Positions 12,641 through 24,884 of a stretch of 64,000 nt of DNA are shown one piece after another (the stretch's first letter is position 1; each line of letters opens with the position of its first letter). This DNA comes from Eledone cirrhosa. Lineage: Eukaryota. The notes beneath the pieces were generated by a model. It searched no databases and was not told where the DNA came from. It saw only the letters and a program-made list of their open reading frames with translations. The stretch spans positions 172,546,001 through 172,610,000 of the forward strand of contig OZ024740.1 of assembly GCA_964016885.1 (NCBI GenBank). The letters are read 5' to 3'. The position numbers were made by a program, and so were the translations under genes.

Positions 12641-13018
12641 TTGTGGAAGTGGGGTGGCGTTAGCTGTCATTCCATTGACGCGTGCTCCCTCAGAAACTGC
12701 CCGATGCGCCATACGAACTGTTGCCTACGCACATACGTCGTGTATAAGGTAGAATGTAACAAGTGTAACCACTACTATATAGGTAGCACAATCCGGTCGC
12801 TACACATCCAGATCAAGGAGCACATCAATACCAGGGCCTCGTCTTTCCGGAAACACATAACCAAATACGGAAACAAAGATGGAAGGCCCATTGTCACAGT
12901 GCTAGCGATGGAACGAAACGTCGGCACCTTACGAATCAAGGAAGCACTCTGGATCAAACGCCTAGGGCCACAAATAAATAACCGATCCGAGAGAAGCGAA
13001 ATGAGGTGGTTGATTTAA
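12641..13018 (+). pseudogene. Penelope-like element GIY-YIG endonuclease fragment (ORF C-terminus)
   Basis: VVYKVECNKCNHYYIGST.RSL...IKEH ... L.IKEALWIK...PQIN is the GIY-YIG signature with the CxxC typical of PLEs. Confidence 0.88.
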
Positions 13019-13182
13019 ATAAACAAACGAGGCAACAACACACGCACACACACATACACAAGCGAGACAACAACACACACACACACACACAGTAGCATTC
13101 CATCATACGAATATACTACACTGCTAATACAGACAAACGAGGCAACAACACACGCACACACACACACAAGTGAGACAACAAC

Positions 13183-13224
<42 letters not shown>

Positions 13225-14467
13225 GCATTCACCAAACAGGCAGGGAATACTACCACCACCACACACTATTCAACACTGCTAATACAGAAACCAGCACGGA
13301 CAGATAATACAATGGATTGGCCACAGCCAAAACTTCGATTTTACTAAACTTCCATTTATATATATAGGTTTCAATGATACACAAATGTATCTTAAAAGTC
13401 CGTAGGAAATTACAGTGAGTTGATTTGATGTGTCGTGTGAAAATTAAATTCCAAAGATTCGGACAGTTGTCTTTCTTTGGAAAGAAATAATATCGCGACA
13501 CTGAGGCTCAACTCACTGCAATTTGTGATTGATCTAAGACCATTTATGGATTATATGTTGCCCATGAGCCGCTTTCTAAAATAAAAACAAAATGCTTCTA
13601 GAAATGTAATAACATAAACATAGTGAAACATTTCTTGAATAAGCGAGAAATTCAATAATAATCAATTTGAAATTAAAATTAATTAATTTTAATCAACTCT
13701 GGAGCAAATTAAATTTGGAATGCCCTAGTGAAGATGTCTGGAGGGTTCCTAACACTTCTATGTATCTATGTGGCCTAGCTCTTATACTGTGTTCGTATCT
13801 ATATGGCCTACCTCATGCACTATGTTCGTATCTATGAGCCTAGCTCTTTCACTATGTTCATATCTCTTATACAGGAATGGTGGATTATAGATAAAAATAA
13901 AAAAATGCAGAAATTGTAGAAAATCAAATTTTCTCTGGAATTGTGTAATATTCAGTTTAAAATAAAGTAATTGTATCTAATTTCCTCATACTCTTCAGCA
14001 AACTAAATTTGGAATACTTGAGTAAGGATATTTTGAAAATTTCCAATACTTTTTCGTGTTCGTGTTTGTGTAACGGTTTTACCACATAGACTGAAATGTC
14101 AAGTCGCTCTCAAGCGCTACTGGTAATATATAACCTATTACAACAGAGCACATGGTCGGTCCATTGTCGACTAAACAAGCAACCCAATCAAGCTTGCTTA
14201 GTGAGGAGGGTGAATTTTGGGTACCCTGTGGGATGAAAAACAAAACTCTTCAAAGGGCGGAGGAACTCAAGAGAGTCGAATGCCATCCAATAGTGAGTAA
14301 AAATCGGTTAGGCAGTATAACAAAAGCGGTAGAGTACGGAAGAAATGTTTGTAGTATTTAGCATTGTTCTCTTGTCTTCTGAGTTCAAATGCTGCCGAGG
14401 ATAGCTGACTTTCCATCTCCTGGATCGATAAACAATCCCCAATCAAGTACTTATTTATTCCCAACAA

Positions 14468-14611
14468 ATGTCTGAAGTTGTCAACGAACTTCAGAGGCGA
14501 AGACGTGCCGCCATGAATGAAGAGGAGCTGGCTGAACAACGCCAATGAAACACTGGAGCCAAGCAGCGACGGCGTGCTGCGATGGTTGAAGACGAACTGG
14601 CTGAGCATCAT
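14468..14611 (+). pseudogene. Fragment with 23-aa STPR-like repeat (probably from a Helitron Rep/Hel N-terminus)
   Basis: MSEVVNELQRRRRAAMNEEELAEQRQ*NTGAKQRRRAAMVEDELAEHH. The ATGs at 14513 and 14582 are 69 nt (23 codons) apart. Confidence 0.45.
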
Positions 14612-14638
14612 CTTTTATATTAATTATCTATATCTATA

Positions 14639-14964
14639 TCTACATATAATATAAAAGATTGGAACTTCCATCATCCTTTTGAGAAACGTGGAACAACCAC
14701 GTCTATGCAATGATACACGTTTTACAGGCAGAAGATGAACCATCTCCTAGAGGTCACTATTCTAGGTGGGAGCACCTAGAATAGTTCATATACTATGCAC
14801 AAACGGTACAACGAAGAATCTGGTATATCTGGAAGATTTTTTTTTACTGTTTTCTGTATCACACGGACTCGCCTCATACTGTAACCAGACAAACAGTAAT
14901 TTTCTCTTTTACCTGTCTTCTCTTATCATCTGTTTACCCGGGCGAAGCTGGGTACGTCAGCTAG
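14639..14964 (+). mobile_element. Non-autonomous Helitron (family H3)
   Basis: A|TCTACATATAATATAAAAG ... hairpin ACCCGG GCGAAG CTGGGT, then ACGTCAG CTAG|T. This shows TC/CTAG termini in an AT target. Confidence 0.75.
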
Positions 14965-15989
14965 TAATCAATAATGTGATCATTGAACTCAGAATTAAGA
15001 AAACTTGTCGGACACCCCATCAATCCATCACCCTGGACTGGTACTTTATTTTATTGACTCAGAAAAGTTGAAAAGAAAAGTTTACATCGGTGGTATTTGA
15101 ACTAAGAACGCCTTTAATGATGTGTCGTTCCTCTTTTAAGACAGTAAGTTGTGATTTGGAGATGTGGCTGCTATTTCAAGTATTGTGGTGACGAGGCAGC
15201 TTTCTTATTGGCTCATTGTTGATGTGTAAGAATGGTGGATGGCAGAATTAGTAGAGCGACAGTCATAATGCTTTGCAGTATTTAGTGACATTCCATTATT
15301 TTTTTTATCCCCCTCACTGTTTTTGTTATTTGTGTTATTACTGTTGTTGTCGTTCTCGGTGGTGGTGGTGGTGGTAGTGAGAATATATACCAGTAATATA
15401 TTGATATCGCTTGAATTGACTATAAACCAGTCTTAGACATTTTTGTCTTTATACCAATGTAAGGAATCATAATACTAATATAGTCATGATACTAAAGGAT
15501 GAATGACAAAGCTGTTCTAAGTGGTATTTAAACAAGAACGGGAAATGTCAGAATATATACCGCAAATAAATTTGTCCGTTCACTCTAGAAATGCAGTCAA
15601 CCCACTGCCTTGGGCGGGAACCTTTACTGACTCCAGAAAGATGAATATCAAACGTTACATCGGTGGCATTTGATCTCAGGAGGCGACGAGACGGAAGAAA
15701 TACCGCACAGAATTTTGCTCAACTTCGTCAATGGACTTCACATTGGACTGGTGCTTCATTTTCTGGAAAAGAGAAAGATAACTGCTAAAGTTGCCATCGG
15801 TGGGATATGTATGGAGAATGACAGAAGCTGAAACAAATATCGAGGCATTTAATTCGTTTTTCTGATTCTATTGAATTATTATAGAATAACCTTAATATAT
15901 AGATAAATATATAGATTAACTATTGACCTCAAGCAATTGTTGCTGTTGTTGTTTGGACTTTGGTTGGTTTTGATATCCTGGTCGTGTAA

Positions 15990-16205
15990 TTAAAGGTCGT
16001 GTGGCTGAGCATTCCACAGACAACCCAGTGTGTGATAACTTCACCCTTTGAATTACTGGTACAATTCATTTTTGCCAGCTGGATAGACAGGTGCAACTTG
16101 AAATAAAGTATCGTGCTCAAGGACACAGCGCATCGCCAGGAATTAAACTCACGGATTTACGATCGTGGCCCAAGCACCCTAACCACACAGCCACGCACCT
16201 TCAAA
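15990..16205 (-). mobile_element. SINE S2 copy
   Basis: Reverse complement has GTGGCTGTGTGGTTAGG, GAGTTTAATTCC and TGTGTCCTTGAGCACGATACTT. Confidence 0.65.
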
Positions 16206-16357
16206 TAAACAATTAAATCAATATTTAATATCCTTTAAAAAAGAAAAGGCCCTGGCTTAATTGTTTCCCAATGCTCCTCAGATACTGGGAAGTCTTTCCC
16301 ACCATGAACTTTCCTCGGGTTCTCATGTCAACTCTGATTGAGTAACTATATTTCTAA

Positions 16358-16947
16358 CTAGCAGTGGTACCCGGCGTTGCACGGGATAAGGTATTGTGAA
16401 ATATATAACCGCCTTAGCTAAGTTTAGTATTGCCACAACCACGGCTGACAAAGAAGTAAGGGTCTGGTGGTACGTAAGTAAGCAACACTGGCTTAAAACG
16501 TGAGGAAGAAGTTGTGTGCTCTTACCAACTGTTTGGGGAATGAGTGTGAGATTTGTCTTGAGCAAGGGTGGCGGAATAACCGGAGGCAGCAGACAGCCAG
16601 ACATACAGACAGATATTATAAGGGCGCGTTCTGGACGCAGAGCTAATTGTAGGAAGTGACGTAATGCAGACAGTCAGACATACAGACAGATAAAATAAGG
16701 CTGCGACGTTATATGTATCTATCTATCTAAAAAGTGAAAGACTACGAATTATAGAGAGAGATCGCTAAATCGCCTAATGCGATCCCTAGGACACTGAAAA
16801 TTTGAAATTATTTTTGCTCAGAACACTCCCTGAAACATAAGTATTACATGTGTAAAGTTTGAAAACAGTCGGTTGGGTGCTTCTCTAGTTTTAGGGATTC
16901 AAACTCGCACACACACAGACAGACATCCTCAGTTTTATATATATAGA
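16358..16947 (-). mobile_element. Non-autonomous Helitron H1, second copy
   Basis: Highly similar to 656-1252. On the minus strand it reads A|TC ... CCCGTGCAACGCCGGG hairpin ... CTAG|T. Confidence 0.85.
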
Positions 16948-17034
16948 TGATTGACACTGCCCTTGATTTTTAAACAATTTTGACAACATTTAAGAATTTG
17001 GAAGGATTTAGTAATATAACCAACTTTCTCATTA

Positions 17035-17258
17035 TTAAGCCTTTAGTATTTAAACCGGCCGTATCCAGCCAGAATTCTCTTACCCTTTTCTGTTCAAACC
17101 GGCCGTAATCGGCAGCTTATCCAACATTAGGAATTGTTCTGAAAATAAATATCAACATCTCATAGCTTCGATATTATGTGAGATAATTATGTGAGATAAA
17201 GCTTTTACCGCGAATATACAATAGTAAATATAGAGTAATGTAAATGCTATAGAGCGGT
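17035..17258. mobile_element. Decayed piggyBac-like MITE
   Basis: TTAA followed by GCCTTTAGTATTTA, and a degenerate inverted TAAATGCTATAGAG near 17241. Confidence 0.35.
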
Positions 17259-17763
17259 GGTTTATCAAAAGTATTAGTCATCTAACACTTTTGCTCTATA
17301 TTGCAGTGTTTTGTTACGGAACGCTATGTTCTCGTTTTTTGAGTTTCCTTTTCATTCAAAAATTGCTGGCTTTAGGCCTAAATTAGAAATCATCATTAAG
17401 CTGGTGTTTGGAACATAACTTAACAAAGGATCTTACATAAAATTATAGTGATAAGTTTTAGGATAAATATAAAAATCTTAAAATATACCGTTTTGTATCA
17501 TAGAACCAGGACGGTTTCAGAGGAGACCGTCAGATCTTTATTTTTTCAATTTCTTTCTTTACGATGCCAAGGTTTAATTTGGAGGAGATTTGAGCTGGTG
17601 TTTCTTGCAGGATGATCGACTGTATAGGCACCACTTCGTTATGCTCGTATTAGTACCAGTAATATATCAGGCTAGTTTCACTTCTTGACATCTGGCTACA
17701 TACTTAGTAATCTCTCTTCACTTTCTTGTTCTTTCTAGTGACTGTATAACGTCATGTTGGTGG

Positions 17764-17766
<3 letters not shown>

Positions 17767-17796
<30 letters not shown>

Positions 17797-18043
17797 CTTC
17801 TTCTTTGCCTTCTTCTTCTTCTTCTTCTTCTTCTTCTTCTTCTTCTTCTTCTTCTTCTTCTTCTTTGTCTTCTTCTTCTTCTTCTTCTTCTTCTTCTTCT
17901 TCTTCTTCTTCTTCTTCTTCTTCTTCTTCTTCTTCTTCTTCTTCTTTGCCTTCTTCTTCTTCTTCTTCTTCTTCTTCTTCTTCTTCTTCTTCTTCTTCTT
18001 CTTCTTCTTCTTCTTCTTCTTCTTCTTCTTCTTCTTCTTCTTC
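17767..18043. repeat. (CTT)n microsatellite
   Basis: Directly visible, with a few TTTG interruptions. Confidence 0.97.
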
Positions 18044-18467
18044 GTCACTGATCTATTTGTTAATATTAAGGTTATATTATAATTGAGGCGAAAAACGAAA
18101 GCCCTTATCTTTTTGTTACTTTCTTCTCCATTTCATGAGTAAGTAAGGTGATAAGAAAGTATACAATCGTTGATGATGTGTCATTCAATTGATTCAAATT
18201 AAAAGAGATAAATTAAAGCAAGTTTTTTTTTAGTTACCGAGACATTTACACCTGTATTAGTCATGTATTGAATTACTGGCGCCGCCCACACACATGTCCT
18301 GGTGACTAATGTAAATAGTATTTGCATTGACATACTACCTATTTCGCTTCACTGCGTGCTACTAGCTCACTGTGACAGCTATGTATGTGTGTATGTATGT
18401 GAGTGTGTGTGTGTCTGTCTGTATGTATGTATCTAGGTTTATGTGTGTGTATATATGTATGTGTGTA

Positions 18468-18558
<91 letters not shown>

Positions 18559-18766
18559 GTGTATATATGTGTGTATATATGTGTGTATATATGTGTATAT
18601 ATATGTGTGTGTATATATGTGTTTATGTATGTGTGTGTGTGTATGTATATATGTATATGCATATATATATGTATATGTATATGTATATATATATATATAT
18701 GTGTATATATATATATGTATATTTATATACTGTATATGTATATATATATATATATGTATATATATG

Positions 18767-18797
<31 letters not shown>

Positions 18798-18865
18798 GTA
18801 TATATGTATATATATATGTATATATACAGTATATATATGTATACGTATATATATATATGTATATA

Positions 18866-19200
18866 TAATGATATTAAATAAATGGAAACTATATTTATAA
18901 AACCATATTTATTTTATTATATATATTTCAAGAGTACCAAGACAACATTGGAACACTTTCATCAGATAAAATACAAAGTTTGTTTTATAAATAGAGACAT
19001 ACCCATGAAAATCATACCTTATCGGTTGGAAATTCACTGGATAGTTAGCGTACCAATATTGTCTTGGTACCCTTGAAATATATATAATAAAATAAATATG
19101 GTTTTATAAATATAGTTTCCATTTATTTAATATCATTGAATATTTACTCCAGTAAAATGTTGAGTGCTCTAAATCAGTTATAAACATTTATATCCCATTC
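18866..19200. mobile_element. Family A fold-back pLTR-like element in (TA)n
   Basis: Inverted arms at about 18867-18955 and 19048-19137, plus a 3' extension. Homologous to 20312-20700 and 26276-26715. Confidence 0.85.
18910..18973 (-). ncRNA. Type I hammerhead ribozyme (family A)
   Basis: TATTTTAT CTGATGA AAGtGTtCCAA tgttgtc TTGGtACtCTT GAAA TATATA TA ATAAAATA. It has an intact core, an 8-bp stem I, a palindromic stem III and an AUA cleavage triplet. Confidence 0.8.
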
Positions 19201-19206
19201 TACCTA

Positions 19207-19318
<112 letters not shown>

Positions 19319-19422
19319 AATATGTGTGTGTGTGTAAAAGCTAAACAGAAATAACAACACAATCGATACAGTATATATGGAAGGGATATATTAGGTTAAC
19401 GCTTGATATAGTAGGAAGAGGG

Positions 19423-19458
19423 TTTTAACGTTTCGGACGCTAGTCCTTCATCAGAAGA
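19423..19458 (-). ncRNA. Minimal PLE-type hammerhead motif
   Basis: TCTT CTGATGA A GGAC tagc GTCC GAAACGTT AAAA. The core is intact with a palindromic AACGTT, but stem I is weak. It lies within a pLTR-like segment at about 19333-19630. Confidence 0.65.
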
Positions 19459-19627
19459 AAGAATGAGAAATAAGATAGATTGAGAGGATGGGCGAGATGG
19501 AATTGGAAAAAATGTCTTTAGATAAAAATGACAGGTTCATTCATGTTGACATCTCTTGCAAAACTGTTGGTGTTGGCGTTTTGTGTATGATATGTCTCGA
19601 TTCTACGAAGCAGATTTCCCTATATAT

Positions 19628-19703
<76 letters not shown>

Positions 19704-19706
<3 letters not shown>

Positions 19707-20207
19707 CTCTATGCCCTTCCTTAGTCGAGCGCTTACCTGGAACACCATGGAAAAGTTCCATAACACTTTTTCCCGAAAGGACATACCCTTACCTTCGGAT
19801 GACATATACATGCAAATATTACTAATGCAAACCAACGCGTTCATTAGAAGGATCCGATGGAGAGCCTACCACTACAACAACAACAGGGCCCCAAGATCCG
19901 GTGACCACCATATGTAGGCGAAACGTTTCAGACATTTCTATGCTTTATATGTTCATTCAGTCATTACAACAACAGAGGCCCGACGATCTTTTGATTCCAG
20001 AGTCGGGCCAGATCGTTACAGATCGAACCTTCAGCTGATCAATAGCGAAATGTGCATCACCAATCAATAAACGTAATGGAGACTTAACAAATTATCCTTG
20101 TGTTATTATATCACACTCTGTTTAGCTCTACACCTCGCAACAGGCGTGAACCTAAACATCGAGTGCTCACCTGGGTGAACCTACAGTAACTTCACCTTAG
20201 ACTCCCT

Positions 20208-20210
<3 letters not shown>
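19704..20210 (+). mobile_element. Internally deleted Penelope-like element between (TA)n tracts
   Basis: ORF 19711-19917 has FSRKDIPLPSDDIYMQILLMQTNAFIRRIRWRAYHY. From recall, this resembles the N-terminal KNIPIPS..Y...LI.KTE.FI.RMRWKA motif of PLE ORFs. It is followed by non-coding sequence containing GGCGAAACGTTTC. Confidence 0.6.
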
Positions 20211-20277
<67 letters not shown>

Positions 20278-20311
20278 TTGTGAGTGTGCGTGTGCATTAT
20301 ATATATATATA

Positions 20312-20700
20312 CAATGATATTAAATAAATGGAAACTTTATTTATAAAAGCATATTTATTCTATAAATGTTGACGTAGCCAAGGAAACATACCTTATCAGT
20401 TGAATTTTCCTACCCAAGGAAAATTCAAATGATAAGGTATGTTTCCTTGGCTATGTCAAAATTTATAACACATATTTTATCTGATGAAAGCGTACCAAAG
20501 TTTTTGGTACACTTGAAATATATATAATAGAATAAATATGGTTTTATAAATATAGTTTTCTAAATATGGTTTTATAAATATAGTTTCCATTTATTTAATA
20601 TCCTTGAATATTTACTCCAGAAACCTGTCGAGTGTTCTGAATCAGTTATAAACATTTACATTTGTTGAATTTCCAACAAATTAAATATCCCTTCTACTTA
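20312..20700. mobile_element. Family A fold-back element
   Basis: Inverted arms around 20410 and the same termini as 18866-19200, with a small tandem duplication at 20534-20590. Confidence 0.85.
20473..20534 (+). ncRNA. Type I hammerhead ribozyme (family A)
   Basis: TATTTTAT CTGATGA AAGcGTACCAAA gtt TTTGGTACaCTT GAAA TATATA TA ATAGAATA. The core is intact and stem II is long. Confidence 0.82.
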
Positions 20701-20710
20701 TATATATATA

Positions 20711-20785
<75 letters not shown>

Positions 20786-20834
20786 TATATATATATATAT
20801 ATGTGTGTATGTGTGTGTGTGTACAGGGGCAAAA

Positions 20835-21260
20835 AGTACTGAAACTCTACTCCATGGAATGAAGACGGGAGAGATACGCAGTGATATACATATGGAAAAT
20901 ACTGGATGGACTAGCACCAAACTTTGGCATTGAGAGCTGCATCAACCCCCGAATAGGACGTCACTTTCACATTAGAATAAAGAGCAGATATTGCAATAGT
21001 CTGGGGTTTAAATGCCCTCAACTCTTCAACAAGCTGCCAAGAAATTTGGTGTGGACGTGGATGTTTTCAAGAAACACCTTGACACTCTGCTATCCAGGAT
21101 CCCGGATGAGCCCACAGCACGGTACGAAGGTAACCTAAGGGCACCAGCAACAAACTCCCTCTTACACCAATGGCCAGCCAAAACAGGCTGGTGATAGAAC
21201 GTGAAGGAGCCCCACCATGGCCTCAGCCGGATGGCTGGAACAGGTAAAAGTGTAAAAGTG

Positions 21261-21262
<2 letters not shown>
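20835..21262 (+). mobile_element. CR1-like LINE 3' fragment (frameshifted)
   Basis: LKLYSME*RRERYAVIYIWKILDGLAPN...PQLFNKLP / VDVFKKHLDTLLSRIPDEP...NSL is a typical post-RT C-terminus of CR1-group LINEs. Confidence 0.75.
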
Positions 21263-21327
<65 letters not shown>

Positions 21328-21329
<2 letters not shown>

Positions 21330-21839
21330 GTGGCTGCCAACTCGTTTTCGAGTACGGCCACTACTTTATATCCATGTAGTAGAACCCCCTACCGATGCGC
21401 TGAACGAGTGCGACTTTTTAGTCCAGCCAGCGACTTGAAAACTCTGGTACAAACACTACACTTGTGACAATTATTGACACATAGTGCTGGGCCCATGGTA
21501 CCATGTGACGACAAGTGCAGAGAGATCTCCAGATATAAAGCAATGCCTGTGCTGTGAAGCTTTTATAGTGAGCAAAGGCACTACACAAAGCCAGTCCCAC
21601 TCTCTTAACCAAGATGATATTTACCAAAAAGAAGAACAAGTCAACATCATTGGATACCATCAGGGTTGCAGGTGCTATATCAGAGTTTTCCTTCTCCTAG
21701 AATTCTGCCTTGACAAAGGCTAAGGGGTCATCTCTCCCGGTTATTTTGGATGGCCATTGACTCTTAAGAGCTCCTTTGCCCTTTGACAGGTTTTGTTTTT
21801 AGTCCTGCAGGATGTCCAAAGTCACCCTCCTCACCAAAC
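21328..21839 (-). mobile_element. Non-coding RTE-related retroposon, 5'-truncated copy
   Basis: Near-identical inverse of 55370-55876. Contains CTAGGAGAAGGAAAACTCTGA, which I recall from RTE-type UTRs. Confidence 0.65.
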
Positions 21840-21907
21840 ATGTGTATGTAGATTTATACATTTATTTATACACCTTTTTAACTATCTATATATTTATCTT
21901 TTTATCT

Positions 21908-22300
21908 ATCTTTCAAATACCACTTTGGAAGAAGAATCAGGATGGAGAGAGAGGTGCTGTACCCCAGCAAGTTTTATGAAAGGTGGGTGAAAGTGGCGAG
22001 AATGGCCCGAGTGAATGGGTCTTCTCTCTATATCACCCTGTAGGTTGAGGAAAAAGAGGAAGAGAGGAAAGGGGTACAAACTCTTCGTACACCTGGAGAT
22101 GAGGGTTGCACATTTTTTTCGGGGGTATGTGTTACCCATATGAAATGTCTCCCCCTATTGGGGAAAATCGATTAATTTTTAAATTGCATTTGTGATAGTA
22201 TTTTACACGTTTTTATTGTATGTAAACTTCCTCCTTTGTATTTGTTACCTTCTGTTGTCTCCCTGTGGCTAATAAAGAAATCTATCTATCTATCTATCTA
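21908..22300 (+). mobile_element. Tx1-like LINE 3' fragment
   Basis: Homologous to the 3' end of the 27336-29916 element (YHFGRRIRMEREVL..WVKVARMARVNG). Ends with AATAAAGAAA(TCTA)n. Confidence 0.85.
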
Positions 22301-22569
22301 TCCCCCATTCTCAGCAAGCGTGAATCTAATAACACTATGTACCATTGACTCCTGCGTTTGTTTCTTTGTCAATTTGAACTACATATATATCATGTTGTTA
22401 TTTATATTCATATATCCAGCTATGTATAGAAGTTTGGGTTTTTCCGTTTACTTTATTTGAGATAGGAAAAAGCATTGTGTATATCGTATGAGCAGAAGAG
22501 TGTGCTTATGTGGCGTGAATTTATATTTGTAATTATAACATTTACAGATATGTAATGGTGTCTGATTTA

Positions 22570-22772
22570 GTCACAAGGCCAGCAATTTTGGGAGAGGGGG
22601 AAATAGATTAAATAAACCCCAGTGCATTACTGGTGTTTTATTTATCGACCCCGTAAGGGTGAAAAGCAAAGCTAACATCGGCAGGATTTGAACTCAGAAC
22701 GTAACGGGCCATAACTCTAGGCCACGTAGTAAGGTGTCTGACGATCTACCGATATTGCCAATCCACCGCCCT
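22570..22772 (-). mobile_element. SINE S1 copy
   Basis: Full head, core and tail are recognisable. Confidence 0.8.
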
Positions 22773-22864
22773 TCATATGGGATGCACATCGCGCGATCAA
22801 ACAGCTCAAGGTACAATCGGTATCCATCGAGCCCGACTCCGGAATCGATAGCTCATCAGACTTT

Positions 22865-22951
<87 letters not shown>

Positions 22952-23066
22952 AATAGTTGTCTGCTGGAGATCACAGACATTTGAACGCATTAAAGACAAT
23001 ATGTCTAACTCCAGTGCATCTATAACTCGTGGAGCTTTCCTTTTATTTTTAAATACACTTTATTAA

Positions 23067-23137
<71 letters not shown>

Positions 23138-23388
23138 GAAAAATGACGTGCTGCGTTGTTGCAAATGGGTTACATATGAATAAAATTCGAACAGAAGATA
23201 AGGCGTCCGTCATCAGTGATCTTCCAGTCGTCGTTGGTATTTCTTCGCATTAAAGATCATATACCTCTGGCTGGTGCGACGAGCAATAACTAAAAGAAAG
23301 TTATTGGGACACGTAAAATAGGGTGAAGCGAGCGAGACATGTAAACAAACAGAGATGGTAATGCAACGGAAAGAGAGGAAGAGGAGAT

Positions 23389-23451
<63 letters not shown>

Positions 23452-23985
23452 GAGAGAGAGAGAGAGAGAGAGTCTGCGGGGCTGAAACCGAGATGACTAC
23501 TAATCATGCGAGTACTTAATGTAAGGAAAGATGCAGAGTGGGTATAGAGAAAGGTTAAATCCCGACCGTCATTTTTCCTTTATTTCTTCTTATTTTATCT
23601 CCTTTTTTTTTAGTCTCGCGGGATTATCGTTGCTAGAAAAATGATAATACTTTCTCCTCGTCGTCACATGAAACCCCATGTAAACCTGCCGTGGCTTAAT
23701 TGTTGTAAGTTATTGTTTTATCTTGTCTTTTACTCGAGGGACAGCGCTTTGGTTTGTTTCTCAGATATTGTGATCCTGCATCGACCGTTGGTGGGAGTGG
23801 GAATTCCCTAAGACCATCTCAACAGTTGAAGACCTTGGAGTTGTGTGACTTTCGTTCGTCTTTCTCTTTCTTTTGCCATTGTTTTTTTATTTAAAAAAAA
23901 AATTAAGGTTTCCCCCTTTAAACATTTTTTTTGTTCTCTTGTCTTCCGATGTCTTCTCTTTATCAATTATCCTAATTTTACTATC

Positions 23986-24050
<65 letters not shown>

Positions 24051-24109
24051 GAAGTATTTCCGTCGGAAAGGTACAGGAAAAAGAGTGCTCAATGTAGGCT
24101 ACAGAGCTT

Positions 24110-24330
24110 ATTAGTTATGTAATAAACAACATAAGATAATTATTTCATTTACCAGTGGTTTCTTGAAGGCAGATGTTATATCTGTCTTCAGTCGTCAGAA
24201 TGAATAAATAACATCATGATGTTATTTATTGATTCTGACGACTGAATGATGTTATTTATTGATTCTGCCTTCAAGAAACCACTGGTAAATGAAATAATCA
24301 TCTTATGTTGTTTATTACATAACTAAATAA
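24110..24330. mobile_element. Family C fold-back element in (TA)n
   Basis: Inverted arms centred on ACATCATGATGT (about 24211-24222). The right arm carries a short internal duplication or template jump. Confidence 0.85.
24144..24204 (-). ncRNA. Type I hammerhead ribozyme (family C)
   Basis: TTCATT CTGACGA cTGAAGaCAGAT ataac ATCTGcCTTCAa GAAA CC act GG TA AATGAA. It has an intact core, a 6-bp stem I and a GUA triplet. Confidence 0.8.
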
Positions 24331-24334
24331 ATAA

Positions 24335-24407
<73 letters not shown>

Positions 24408-24423
24408 CAAATTACATATATGT

Positions 24424-24672
24424 TATAGAGAGAGAACGTGGCATATATCGTAAAAGAAACATGGTATATTGTATACATACCAAATACATATTCAATAGAA
24501 GAATATGTACACAGATGGAATCGTAAGTGAAATCTTAAAACGCTATTTCATACCTATAAGGTTTCCCTTACGATTCCATCTGTGTACATATTCTTCTATT
24601 GAATATGTATTTGGTATGTATACAATATACCGTGTTTCTTTTACGATATATATGGCTCGTTCTCTCTCTATA
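24424..24672. repeat. Near-perfect fold-back of about 250 bp between (TA)n tracts
   Basis: Arm 24424-24537 is the reverse complement of about 24557-24672, with few mismatches. No hammerhead core is seen. Confidence 0.9.
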
Positions 24673-24702
24673 CAAACATTTGATTCATCTTTTGTGTGTG
24701 TG

Positions 24703-24749
<47 letters not shown>

Positions 24750-24792
24750 TTAAAATGTAAACAGAAATAACAAAACAAACGACACAGTACAT

Positions 24793-24884
<92 letters not shown>

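Noticed and set aside
17754-18086. Poly-Ser/poly-Lys ORFs (also 41924-42364, 46893-47339, 53658-53962)
   Set aside because: They are trinucleotide microsatellites.
21418-21723. ORFs repeated at 55484-55816
   Set aside because: The identity reflects two copies of one young repeat. Both strands are open and there is no recognisable domain.
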